Part shown: positions 1 through 13,082 of the stretch, in pieces
How positions within the stretch are numbered: position 1 is the stretch's first letter
How the letters are laid out: the number at the start of each line of letters is the position of its first letter
Source: Guillardia theta CCMP2712
Taxonomy: Eukaryota > Protista > Cryptophyta
Length of the DNA: 64,000 bases
Reading direction: 5' to 3'
Assembly (NCBI RefSeq): GCF_000315625.1
Contig: NW_005434652.1
Coordinates: 252,254 to 316,253 of the forward strand
Program-made: the position numbers and the translations under genes
Notes under the pieces: model-generated
What the model saw: only the letters and a program-made list of their open reading frames with translations
What the model was told of the DNA's origin: nothing
Database searches by the model: none

Positions 1-7
1 TAGCCCG

Positions 8-642
8 TCCATGACTTGTCGTGTTGCATGTTGTTGCAGCGCTCAACAGAAGCGTCAAGGCAGCTGCCGCCAGAGAAAACCAAGTTTCAGACGAGCTCCG
101 TCGACCTTCAAGTAAGTTATTAGATAAACACCTCCTCTCTCCCTCCCTCCCCCCTCCCCCCTCCTGCTCCTGCTCCTGCTCCTGCTCCTCCTCTTCCTGC
201 ACCTTTTCCTCTCAAACTTGCTTGTCTTCTCGTTCACTTCTGCATCGTCGTGATCATCAATGCAGGATGACCTCCTCTTCCGCATCCGATCATCCTCCTC
301 TGTCTCGAGCAGGAAGTTTCGCTACAAGAACGAAGTCAAATTTCTCAGCTTTGCCAAGCAACAAGTGAAGAAGAAACGAGATGATGATGATGATGATGAT
401 GATAAGGAGGAGGAGAAGGTATTTATTATCAGAAGACAGAGAAGTAGAGACATCATGTACTATAGAAGAGGATTCGGTCGGCAAGGAGGGGTAGAGGAGA
501 GGAGGGAGGAACACAAGAAATGTTCGCTGTCACTCATGAATTTCAGTGTGTTCTCAATGAAGCAATAAGACAGAGGAAGGCAGCAGCTGCCTTGACGCTT
601 TTGTTGAGCGCTGCAACAACATGCAACACAACAAGTCTTGGA
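8..642. repeat. 63-bp inverted repeat pair (8-70 and 580-642)
   Basis: Reverse complement of 8-70 matches 580-642 at 59/63 positions. Confidence 0.9.
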
Positions 643-1776
643 ATTCTTGATGATTCTGACTTCACGCAATCGGAGGTTTTCTCTGAAATCTGCATGAAAA
701 CGTCAAGACAGGCGTCAGATCAAACTTCAAGTCTCACGGATTTCTCCCCATATCAACGACGTACTTCTCTGCATATTTCGTGATCGGGTTGCTCTTCAAA
801 CCATATTGCTTTCTATCTGCCAGGATAACATCAGAATAACGTTCAACTGTCCATGTAACTCATAACATATCAATATCAGCAACATCAGCAGCTACAACTT
901 CCACATCAACAACAGCAACTCCTCTACCTACAGCAACAAACTCTCTGCACTCTCGCGTTCTCTCACTCACCTTTGAACTGATGGGCATACTCTTGCGTCA
1001 ACCTGCAACAACGGCGCTATCAACATGTCTGCAACGAAGTAACTTCACCCACCATCCTATCTCCTGCTGAGTTGTCATGGGCTCGTCATACTTCTGTTTC
1101 GGTGTCTTGTGTTGCTCTTCAAGTGTGGAGTTCAGCTGAGTGACAACCAATGGATCGAAATGTTTGATCTCCAACCCCAGCTGTCCAGCAACATCTCATC
1201 TTACTTCCTTTTCAAAAACAACACACCTCTCTTCGTCATAATCATCATCATCATCATCTCCATCATCATCTCCATCATCGTCATCGTCATGCATCTCCTC
1301 ATCGTCCTCGTTTAACAACAACAGCACACTTGTCTGACCTTCTTCGCTATCTCTGCCGGCATTTCTCCTCCTCGGACGTGACAGGGTTTCGGGGCTATAG
1401 TATTCATGCTCTGCGAACCATCATCAATGCGAAATCAGCACAGGGCGCAGCATACTTTAGGGACCAGCATGAACTCTTCTCTCAGACGAAACGCCTTCCT
1501 CTCCTTCTGCAAAGACTCCACAAACACAGCATTCTGTGCCACCACGTTGTTCTTGTCCATCTGCAGCATGCCAAGTCAGGCGGCGCAGTAAGGAACGATG
1601 CGGCATCCTCGTCTGTTCCTTCAACAAGCCTATCAACTGATGATCTACCCTTGCAGGCTCAGTCGGACGGTATGGGCTTGTCTCAGAAGTTTGTCGACCA
1701 CTCAGAGTCTACCTCACATCCTCGTCCTCCTCCACCAACACTCTCGCATTCGCTCGCTTGCCCACGGTCACCTTGA
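520..1776 (+). CDS. hypothetical multi-exon protein, boundaries uncertain
   Basis: Exon-like ORF pieces (520-783, 1109-1170, 1385-1776) separated by low-complexity GT..AG segments; no recognisable domain. Confidence 0.25.
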
Positions 1777-3099
1777 CCTGCCGTTGAACCGTTGATAGCA
1801 GGGTCCACGTTCGGAAGTTCCTCCTTTGCCCTTATTTTTAAGCTGTTCTGCTTATTTTAAGGGGGTTGTTCTATACATGGTCTTTTTCTCTTTGATGACT
1901 AATAATTTTCCATAGAAACAAAAGGTACTACACACTACCCCACCCCTTCTAAATCAGTCATAACACACCCACCTAGCTCTAGAGCAACTGGCCCCTACCC
2001 ACCTGTCCTTATCTATTCTTATATGAGTTCTGTACCCCTTCAAATCACCCCTCTGGACTACTTCAATTGAAGCAGCAATACCACCCTACCGGTATAAAAT
2101 TTATGTCCCCCACCGCTATGTGCATTTCGACATGACCCCACCTCCTTGGCAACCTTTGCGCCTCCACGACCTACCCCCTCTTCTTGACCACCCTTCAGTT
2201 GAATGGGACCACCGGGTACTCGACGAACATTTCACGGGTCATCATTCCACCCAAGGACCCCCTTCTCCGACCGTTACAATGACCCAACCAACAAATGTGC
2301 AGTCCCAAAATACCATGACCGGTGGTATTTACTACCCCAGCATTTTGTAGCAAATTCAGCTCTACAGTACCCCTTCGTGGAGCAATCAGAATGGTGGTGA
2401 CCCGCCCTTTTACTACCCCCGTACCTAGCCTATCTCCGTAAAACGAGGGGGTGGATAGATCATGGATCCATGATATTGGTGAACGTTCGTAATGGTGCAG
2501 GAACAAGAGCGGGAGAGTTGGAGAGGGAGGAGAGACAAGGGCAGATCATGGCAGAGTAGAGGAATATTGACAGTGAGGAAGGAGGTATAGATAGAGACGG
2601 AGTGAGGGGGAGGAAGGGTTGTCAGTGATGAAGGGCGTAGAAAGAGGAGAACAGAAAGTCGTATGAGGAGAAGGGGAGAGAGGGCAGGAAGACAGAGGTT
2701 GTGATACAGGGAGGGAAGAGACCAGAAATCTGCCGTGGATGTCTATGATGTAGGCTATATGGTGGCCTGGATGATTAGCACTCTCTGCGTCTTTCGACGA
2801 GGAACGGCCTGTGGTAGTGAAAGACTAATCATCTGCAACGACACAACGCACGGTAGCAAGGAAGTTTATGACATGTTGAGGAGACACTAAGACGCCAATC
2901 TCGTGCCTTTTCGAGATCTGTTTTGCACATTAATTCGAAATAGATGCCGTTCAGGGATGGAGGGCAGGTTGTGTGGAGACATTTACAACAAGATTGGTGA
3001 ACAGGAGAAATGGTGTAGAATTCTCTCAAACTCCAACAGACTTGAAGAGACAGGCTAGTAAAGGATGATGCAGGAGTTCCGTATCAGCATAGTCAGATA

Positions 3100-6000
3100 T
3101 GCTTAACCTGCAGGACATTGTAGGGTCGTGTTGATGACGCCGCTTCACTGGATCCTTGGCGCCATCGGGACGGCTGTAACCGAATGAGGCAGTCACGTTA
3201 TGATTTGATGGTGTGCATGATGAAATTTAGAGCGGTCAAATGAGGAACGGAAGAGAGGATGGAGGTGGGTTGTCAAGGGAAGGAGAGGGCAAGAACGACC
3301 ATGGCAGGGAAAAATGCGCTTTGTTGAACCAGTCTTTAACAGGGACAAGCCTGCTGCATGGTATTGATCAACTGTTTGCAGGAAGCTTCAAGACATGACA
3401 GTGTCAACTGATGTGAGCGAATCATAGTCTTCAACCGAACTTCGTCATTTTTTAACGCTCAACGTCATGAGGTTTGCTGGGTTGTTGTAGGCTGAGAGTG
3501 ACTGACCTTTGCCTTGATCTAGTTGTATATCTTGGCTGAAGCCAACGAGCAAGAAAAAGAGCAAGGATCATCAACAGGCAGCTCAGAGCGTGTCTGATAC
3601 TCCGTTGGACATACCCGGCGGATTGGCAGGTGTTTTATTTCTTTTGCCGTCATTATCCTGAGGGAAAAATTCATTCTGAGTTTCTCATCCATCAGGTATC
3701 CGACAGCGAATGGCTGAGATGGGCCATTTCATGAATCATGCTTCACCTGTTGGAGATGTAGTGCCTTTGCAGCTTCCTTTACATCCCAGTCTTCTAAACT
3801 TATCTATTTCTCTTCTCGCTATCCTCCCCCTTTGTGCAGGACAATGGCTCTCAAAGAAGTCATTCACAGCCTAACTCGGTCAACGGGAAGAAAAGTAACG
3901 GCGAATCTGCCGCAGTGAATGGTTGTTACTCCCCTCCCCGACCCTGCCGTTCCTTCTCTTTCTCCTCCCCCCTAGCATATTCATCCTCCTCCTCCTCCTC
4001 CTCCTCCTCCTTCTCTTCATCCCCTTCCTTCTCTTCCTTTCATTTCATTCCCCGTTCTGCACATCAGCACGATTCTTTCTCCATTTCCATCCTATGGGAT
4101 CTGACAAGAAACGAAGGTACGGGTCAAAACAGTTACAGCTCTACAAACCCGAACTTGAGAAGATCCCCGCGGAACGGAGGCAGCATGGCGGTCAGCCTTG
4201 AGGGTGTCCCTTGTGTCTTGTTGAGATTCGTGATTGAGCAGGAGGAGAAAGACAGTTGGTCGGGAGGAAACGATAAGCACGTTACCATCTCCGCCGACTT
4301 CTGCACAGAGGATGGGCGTGCTGTGAAACCGGCAACTAGTTTTGCTTCTCTTGCTTCAGACGCAAGTCAGGTGGGAAGCAGCACGAGAGAAGAGGAGAGT
4401 GAGAGATAGGGCAGGAGGCGGAAAAGGGAGGGAGGGAGGGAGGGAGGGAAAGGGCAGGAGGTGGATGGGAGGGGGACGGGAGCGAGAAGGTAGAGGGGGG
4501 GGGGCTCTTCTATCTCCGTGCTCTATATCTACCTCTCCTCTTCTTCCTCCTGACCTTAAGTAAGGGGGGAGGGGGGCGGGGGGCATTGGTGCACGGAGGA
4601 TGAGAGATGGAAAATACTGCCTTGGCATCCCGTGATGATGGGCGGCAGGACAAGTTCCTCCGTCAACCTGCCCGTCAAACTTCTCCTGAGCGAGAGTCAG
4701 TCGATTGGAAATCCACCAAACCTCCGATCCCGACGCCTGCCAGAAGGTTAGATTGATATGAGCGAGCGAGGTTTGAGAAAGCTTACGTTGTGCGGAATTT
4801 GTCTCCTCGTACGTTACAGCATCTCAGCTGAGGTATTTGACTCTCCACGCTGCTCCTTCCTTGTCCCCCTCCTCTTTCTTCTGTCCCCTTTTCTTTCTCC
4901 TCGTCGTTTACCCAGGAGTATCAGGAGGACAAAGATTTCGCGGGGATGGATCAAGCAATCAACACGTTCATGGAGAAGAAGCGCGAGGAAGAGCAGAAGA
5001 AAGGTCAGCTACCTCTTTTTCCTCTATCCAACATTGTCTTACGTCGTCACCGCCACCACCACCAACCTCTCCTGTTCCCTCTCCCTCTCTCCCTCCCTCT
5101 CCCTCTCCCTCTCCCTCTTCAGCTTCCTCTTCATTGTCCCTTGCCCCGTCTGCTCCCTTTCTGCCATCCTCTTCTGACGCTTCTCCCCGTCTCCTCTCTA
5201 TTCGATTCTTAAAACTGCCTCCCAGAGCGCGCGGCTAGGAAGAGGGCCATGTTCCTGGCGTCGATGGATCGCAGCGATGACTCGAGCTTCTCGCAGTCTC
5301 AGGCAGGAGACGAGCCGAGGCCGGTTGCAAATGGAGGTCAGCAGGACGAGCGGACCAGCAAGTCAGGAACTCCGATCCCCCCCACCTTTCCTACTAGCGA
5401 TCAACTCAGAATGAGATCAGGAGCAGCTGTGGCGATCAACCAGCCTCCTCCTCCTCCTGCGCAAGCTCCACCTTCCGCGTTCTATGCGCCATCCTCTCCT
5501 CGTCATCCTGAACCTCCGGTATCTCCTCCCATCTCCTTGGCCCAGCATCCTTCCCCTCACCGACCCTCTCCCCCCCCTCCTGCCCTGGACACCATGTTTC
5601 GCTCAGAACTCAACGCGAGCGAGACATTCTCCCCCACCGTTTTCCGCCTACCTCGTGCACATGAGCGCGAAGCCAGCATGGCAGGTGACGCGTACCGCCG
5701 ACCGCACAGCGGGGAAGACAGGGGAGGTTCAGAGGCTGACAACAGCTTGAGGACGAGGACAGGATACTCCAACCCGCTTCTCCATCCCCATTCCATCCTT
5801 TCCCAGCAGTCAAGCAGCGAGCTGAGCGCCCCGTCGGACCTTCAGAGGCAGTTACAGGTACAGCAGTGAAGAAAAGAGGAGGGGGAGGAGACCCGAGCTG
5901 ATGATGGGTCTCTCGTGCAGGACCTTCGCAGGATGCAGAGCGAGATTGAGACGTTCTCCACTCCTCGTCGTGCCTCGGATTACTCCATGGTTCCTTGCCC

Positions 6001-6459
6001 TCTCCTCCTCTTGCCACATCCGCTCCTCTCCTTTTCCTGCTCCCTTCGTTCCTCTGCCCCTTCCCCCACTCCCTTCTCTCATCTTATGGACTGTCTTCAG
6101 AATTCCCCGTCTTCTTCCTTTACGCCTTACACCCCGAAGTTGTCCGTGCCTCCGGTTTGCTTCTCAAATTTTGTTTGTTCTGCTCCTCAACTTGAGTTTC
6201 CAGCTCGCAAGGCAAGCCAGTCCCAACGACTCTTCCTTTCAGGACAGCATCCCTGCCAAGATGGCTGGTATTTTGCACTTTTGCCTTCCTCCTCATTTCT
6301 CTGTCCTCTCCCTCACATCTCTTCACCTCACCGTCGCCTCCCACTTTCATCCTGCCTCGATCCTCCTCATGCCTTGGCAGCCTTCAAACGACAACATCCG
6401 AATGGCTCCTTTCATCAGTGGCTCCTCCGCCTTACCCCTGAGGACATAACAAGGTGGGA

Positions 6460-6509
<50 letters not shown>

Positions 6510-7420
6510 ACTCTTGACTAATTTTACCAGGGCCATCTCGACATCCAACGGAGGAACAGGAATCTGGCGGCAAATGTGGGATCGGTACGTCATCGTTCGA
6601 TACTCCTCGACCCCTCCCCCCCACCCCCCTCCCCCCATATTGCTCCTCCTCTTCCTCGTCTTCGTTCTGATCCACAAGTGACCCTCCCCCCTCCCACCCC
6701 CCACCCCTCTTCTTCTTGCTCCTCGTCGTTGTGACCTGCCCCCGCAGCATTTCGCCCTACGACAATCAGCCTCACCCCGAGCTCGCTCCGTCGCCTCCTC
6801 CTCCCCATCAGCGGCAACTCTCACCCTACCATCACATGCATCTCGATTCCTCCCTTTACAGCAGAATCCCGCAAGGCAACCAGCAAGACTCTTCCCATCG
6901 CCTGCTCAACACAGTACGTCTTGCACCTCTCCTCCCTCCCCTTCCATGCACCGCTCAATCCCCTCGTCCCTCCCTTGTATCTCCTCATTGCTTCCTCCCC
7001 CCCACGCTCCTTCGCTCTCCCATCCGTCTCCTGTTCCTCCCTTGTGCTTCTTGAGCCTCACGCTACACAGGCTGACGTCTCCCCTTCCTTCGCCGACTCC
7101 TCCTACCACAGAAACGTTCAGCACTCTCCTCCTCTCCGGCAAGTCTTCACGTCGGAGCCGCGGCAGCAGCTCGGCTCTTCTCACTACTACAACAAAGAGG
7201 CTGCTGCTGCAGGGTCTTACAGTCTCAGAGAACCCTCTCCTGCCTACCAGCGCCAGCTCAGCCCCTCCTCCCTCTCTCCCCCAGCTCAGCTGCTGGGACC
7301 CGACAGGAGCGGGTTTGTCAGCTTCCGGGCCATGAACTTGCTGGGCCCGACTGAACGTCGAGCTGAAGGCGACTCGCATTTAGTTTGCGGGGTACGATGG
7401 AGCTGACGGCTACCGTGCAG
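3100..7420 (+). CDS. hypothetical multi-exon Pro/Ser-rich protein(s), boundaries uncertain
   Basis: Coding-like exons (3838-3920, 4915-5002, 5239-5857, 5921-5989, 6356-6452, 6530-6584, 7070-7370) alternate with pyrimidine-rich introns. Segment AAFKRQHPNGSFHQWLLRLTPED...GIWRQMWD looks conserved. Confidence 0.35.
6460..6509. repeat. (GGAGCA)n intronic microsatellite
   Basis: About 8 perfect hexamer units just after a GT donor. Confidence 0.9.
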
Positions 7421-7899
7421 GTAGGAAATGGCAGTATCCAGCTTCCCCCCAGCTAGACTTGAACTCGACATCCTCGGTAAGTCCCTTCCGCTGCCTTAGG
7501 GCTCTCGGGTCAACTTCATTCCCTCCTCCGTCCTATCCTCCCTCCTCTCTTCAAGCTCTCACAAGTTCCCGCCAGAACTTCGAACGGCGGGCGCTGCACT
7601 TTGCGGGCTCGCAGGTCTGAGGCCTTTCCACTTGTACAGAGAAGTTCAAGGAACATCTCTCCTCCCTCGTTAACAAGCAAAGACTCGGGGATCACTAGGG
7701 GACAGAAAATGTCCTCGGCCCTTGAAAGCTTGAGAATTTAAAGCTAAAGAGATTTCAAATATTCACATCCTCGTGCGCCTGCTCCCTCCTGCCCTCGTGT
7801 TGTCCTTCAGGCTGCTGGCTTGTTCGCTGCAACAGCCGATCAACACAATCACAGAGAAGTGAGGAAGGAGGAGAAGGGAAGGAGGGCAAGGAACGTAGA

Positions 7900-8523
7900 T
7901 CACGATACAAGAGTCGTGCGCCAAATATCAGCAGGGACGGCATGGAAACGCAGGAGGGATATCACTGAGGTTTACAGTTGAGGAGGAGGGGGAGAGGAAG
8001 AGCAATGCAAACATTTCCTGACCTCGTTCTCTGATCCACTTGAAGTATTTCTCGTCGTACCAGGTGTGACCCTGCATGTCCATCTGCCACATGATGTAAG
8101 AGGGCAGCGCACAGTGGCTCCGCGACTCACAATCTTCCTGCTCAGCTGGGTAGCCTGGACGGTCTCGTTGGAGACGTGGCATGCGAGGAGGAGGTAGTTG
8201 CGGGGGATAACTTTCCATGCAAACCTCATGAACAGCCCAGAGTAGATGCACATCGCCACTTGCCTGCAGCGAGAGAGACACGAAGAAAGAATGTAAGACG
8301 ATTATCAGTCACAGCAGTCACCATCCTCACATGTTCTCTGAAATGATGTCTGGGGTCTTTGTCAAGTCCGCAATTCCCTGGAGAGAGGTGAAGTGAATGA
8401 GAGCGGCAGCAGGAGTAAGTCTCTTACTGCAACCACAAATCCCCAGTTCGCAACGGGGCCCCAGAAATGTGTTGTCCTTGGCCCAGTGGGAGAGTTGAAC
8501 CAAGCCATGAAGCGAGACGACAT
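7900..8523 (-). CDS. MPC1: mitochondrial pyruvate carrier 1 (3' end approximate)
   Basis: Spliced translation [32 protein letters not shown]|[16 protein letters not shown]|[44 protein letters not shown] carries the MPC signatures THFWGP.ANWG and FMRFAW.V.PRNYLL.ACH. Confidence 0.93.
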
Positions 8524-9569
8524 GCTGGAAGCAAGAACGAGTCATGATTAGCACACGTTTGCAAGATGGAAGAGAGAATATTGGATGTCATGAGGAAGGC
8601 TATGAAAACATTGCAAGGCGATCTACTCTGAACTCAGGTACTTGTCCATGGGTTTCATTCCAGGTTCTTCCTTTGCTTCCCCCCAGCAAACGTCTTCGCC
8701 CCTTCTGCAGCCACTGTCGCAATGCATCTTCTCTTGCTGATCTCGAATACAACCCCCTTGATTTTCACTCGTCACGATCCTTTCTAATCCCCTTGGGATG
8801 TCTGGAAAGCATTGAAATCAAATTCCAGCTGTATCGGCAGCTGGTTTTCAACCGCTCTTCGATGCTGCTCCTCTCTTGTTCTGGCCCCTCAATTTGAAGA
8901 TCTTGAGTTCTTTCTCTGGCGAGCATTCCCCCATCAAACGACATACAACCCATCTCAGTAGCTTTCATCCTTCAGGTCTGCTGTGCTAGTTCCTAACCAT
9001 CTTCAAACAGACATATCATCCTCCTCTTCTAGTCTGTCAGCCTCTCCTGCACCTTCTCCCGCATTGGCTGCTGCCCCTGTTCCCCGCCCCTCGCGTCCTC
9101 GTCATTCTGCTTTCATGACCGGCTGGGATCTGCATTATACCCCACCTTTCCACCCCCACCCACCCTTTATGTGAATCTTCACCCCACCTACTCCCAAAAT
9201 TTTTCCATTTCCTTTTTTACACCCCTCTGTCTGATAATCAATTACCTACCCTTGTCACCTATTCGAAATAACCCCACCCTACAAATATCTCCCAATATCC
9301 CTCCACCCCCACCCCACATATCTCACAACCTGGTACGTCTCCCCTCTATACCCCTTGTACCCCTCTTGCAAGACGATACTACCACCCCTCCTCATCTCTC
9401 CCACACATACCCCTTGCATCAGATTGCTCGGGCTTCGACGGTGGGGTACATTACCCTACCCTATCTATATCAGATATTCTTCCCTATAAAGAACCGGTTA
9501 TTCCCCAGTCGTCATTGGTATCACCCCCACCCCCTTCTCTCTCCACTACCCTGTGTCAGCCAGTCAGCA

Positions 9570-9930
9570 CGGTACGGCCCGTCCGGCGGCGACACCCGGC
9601 CGCCCCAGTGTCGCCGGCCGGACCCGGTGACGCCCCGCCGCCGGGCACAACGGAGTCAGTCAGCCGGTTTTCTCACTGCCCGGCCCGGACCCGGCCGGGC
9701 CGCGGCGCAGTGACGGACCGTAACCTAGTCTTTCCTCGACTATCCTGATTGTCCTCGTACTGAGTCTTTACTGAAAGGCGAGGCCACTGGGCCTCACCGG
9801 GCCCGGATACCGGCTTTACCGTACTAGTGACGGTAGTACGGCGCCGGGGCGGTCCCGGCCGGACTGAGTCCCGGCCCGCTGGTGACTCCGGGCGGCCCGG
9901 CGCCGGCCCGTGACGGGAGTCCGGCGGAGC
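9570..9930. promoter_or_regulatory. CCGG-rich intergenic GC island containing a partial copy of the dispersed motif (9734-9763)
   Basis: Abrupt very high GC built from CCGG/GCCG and TGACTC/GAGTCA words; no credible coding frame. Confidence 0.5.
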
Positions 9931-10556
9931 ACTGGCAACTTGTGCAACTTCCGTTTGTTACACTTGTACTGTGCCAAAGTCACGCAGAAATCATGGCATA
10001 TCAACCTTAGTTGTAACAAGACAGGCAAGCCTGTTTTGCTCAAGACCGAGTTTAATGCACACGAAAACTTGAAACCAATACCGTTCACTATCAGTGATGC
10101 AAGGATGTGACTCAAGCATCCAGACATGAGGGGACCTTAGCAAGACGGCTAGGAAGGCCCCCTGCTTCATCTCTGCGCTACATTGCTGCCTTGAAACTCG
10201 TAAGAGTTGTCTTGGTTTACGGGAGAGTTTTTGTTAACTCGGCACTATCTGACTGGCACGGCACATCAAGTGCAAATCACAGACTCTTTGGGCCACTGCA
10301 AAGGACTTTAAAGGTGCGTCATGCATAGTGTTCTTGAGCGCTGACATGCCTTGGATCATCTTTGATCCTGATTGGAGCCGTTGCTGGAAGTACAACTGTA
10401 ATCCTCAAAACGATTCTTGTCCTGATCAACTTCTCAACGCAGGCAAGACAAATGTGCGTTATGCGAATTATACCCACTTTGACTCCTCTGTAATGAAGCT
10501 CATACTGAGCCTGAAGAATTGAAGGGGAAAATCACATTCTTCGAGTGGTTTATCAT

Positions 10557-11039
10557 TTAATCCTTAAGCTTTTGCAAGACCTCTTTCAATCGGTCATCGC
10601 CGCTACTTGCTTTTACTATCTCCTGGACATTGATCTGGAACGAGGCATTCGTGTGATCTGAAAGTCTCCTACCAAGACATTTCGGCAAACCACTCCCGTC
10701 TCGGCAAGACACAAACGAGCCAACATCAGGATTTTGACGGAAACTGAGTGGCTGGGCGCCAAAGAAATGTTCGAAATCCACTTGGCTGAGACTGCTCAAT
10801 GATTGGGACTTCAGACTCAAATCCTTTGCCTGGATGTCTTGCTCTGTGGTACGAGACTCTCCCAAGCAGCTTTTTCTTCTCCTCCCGAGCTGCTGCCACG
10901 ATGAGGAATCAACCACAGTAGGTTGAGTTGCAGCTTTGTCCTCGTTGTTGTTGCCGCACCACTGATTCGTTTCTTTTGGATCGTTTTGGAAGAACGACAA
11001 AACATTCCCTGTTAGGATTTTGCTTTTCCAAGATGACAT
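10557..11039 (-). CDS. hypothetical 160-aa protein
   Basis: Uninterrupted ATG-initiated ORF of ordinary composition; no domain recognised. Confidence 0.3.
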   Translation of the reverse strand: MSSWKSKILTGNVLSFFQNDPKETNQWCGNNNEDKAATQPTVVDSSSWQQLGRRRKSCLGESRTTEQDIQAKDLSLKSQSLSSLSQVDFEHFFGAQPLSFRQNPDVGSFVSCRDGSGLPKCLGRRLSDHTNASFQINVQEIVKASSGDDRLKEVLQKLKD

Positions 11040-13082
11040 GGCGATTGCTTCAGGTTTCCAGCTTCAAACACTCTAAGCTTCTCTCCCGGTCCCCTTTGTG
11101 TTGTTCAGAAAGTCGCAATTCTTTGTTCAGGACCTTGAGTTTAGCTTCGACCGGAGAGACCAGCAACAGGCAGGCAGAGCTCTTCGCTGCTTTCTGCTCG
11201 ATATTTGACGTCCTTTACCCTCAGTCGTGACGATCGCAACCTTGTCCCCTTCTCTTGCCCTTCCAGTCTCTCCCCCACGCGCGATTGCCGCAGAGGCGTC
11301 CTGTCTGTTTTTTATTATAATGGCGTGCGGAAAACCACCCCTCCAAACAAGTACCCCCACCCACTCTTCTGCTGGTCAAGTCAGTCTAAATAAGGGGTGA
11401 ATTTGGTAATCCTCGGTACCCCCTATCACCTACCAAGTCCACTTAGACTTTGTGAATATCAAGACCACCCCCACCTATCCACCGCTTGCACGGAAATGCG
11501 GGGGTGATGGTCCTTAAAATTACTACACACGTCCGTATCAAGCTCGTCATCAGTTCTGTAGTAAAAGTGTCAGCAGAACAAAAAGGTGTTCGTACACATG
11601 TATCACGATTCTGTAGTAAGTTTGATCTGACTCATATCTCCCACGCACAAGGCACATCTCCTGAGCCGTGAGGATGGAGCACGTCTCATCGAGCTTAGTG
11701 CTGTGAAAGATGATGCGTAAAAGCAGGGCATCGAATCCTGGACCTCTCAAAGATACTTTCACTATGGCTATGTGATCACTATGACCTTATCTCAATGCGT
11801 AGACGAGAAGTGCCGTGCTTCTTGCTGGCGGCAGCAGATTTGAGTTCGAGACATCATCTTAGAGCAAAGGTTTGTTTGCAAAAGCTCGAAGGGACCAGAC
11901 TAGATATTATCTGTCTCTTGGCAAGCCGAAGAACATGTGGGGCGTGGGCTGGGCTGGGCTATTGCTTTGATCTTACCATTGACTCGCTTCCGTCCATAAA
12001 AAACGTGCAAAAAGCTCTTCGTTTATTTTAGCATCTGAAACAAGGTTGCTGCACCCACCCACCCCCCTCCCTCCCCCCTCCCCCACAATCTGAGTATACA
12101 TCAGCGTGCTTCTTCCATTTTCAAAGTTTTCAGCGATTGTGATAGACTGCCTTCAAAGCATTTGTGAAAAGGATTCTAAATCTGTATATTGCCAAGTCTG
12201 ATCATCACAGTCTGTGTGTATTGCATGGCAGCATGGCATCAGGAGATAAGAAGTCACAGTAGCATCATTTGCCTGTGTCAAATTGGATGATCGTGGGATC
12301 CACACTTGCTAGTTTTGGGTGGCAGGTTGTAGAAAATTCCGCTGTTGTTGAAAATGGCATGACATCTATGTTCCCTGCTACCTGCAGAACACCGTGGTAT
12401 GCGATATGAGATAGGTCTGATTGTATCACACCCTTGTATCACAAAAAAAGATAAGTGTCAGATTGCATCACCGGGAAGTGCACTACAACACGATGACTCG
12501 AGCTCCGCTTGCAGGGCATAACATCGTGGAATATTGCAATTGCATAACCTGGCAACACTGTCAGAGCCCTAGGGAAGCTAGCACTGTGACAACTTCTCTA
12601 GCGAAGCTAGCACAACTAACTCACTCCCCTCAGCCTGGTGCCACGTTGCGGTTGATGCCAATGTATTTTAACAGCGGTCATACCAGCGAAGCTTTGAGCG
12701 CTCACCACCGAACGATCCGATCACACATCAAGCATGCCAATAGCACAGTGAGTCAGTGTTTGTTAGTGTTCCTTGAGAGTCTTGATATGCGATAACGTGA
12801 CGTCGAGAGCGGTCTTGATACGCTATCAACTTCCGGCAGTTCGTTGATTTACAACGTGACGTGCAAGTTCCGTGGAAGGTCTTGATACCTTGATACACTT
12901 CTTACACTACTAGTAAAGAGTTGAGTAAAGGTAAAAGTTGACTTGATATGACTTCATTTAGAACTGCATTTTAAACGGTTCCGGCCCGGAGGTTCGGCGC
13001 CGGGCCGGATTTGGTGGCACCATCACTCAGATCACGAACCGGAGAGGGGTTGCTGCCCTTCAATGCTGCTGGACATGTCGGC

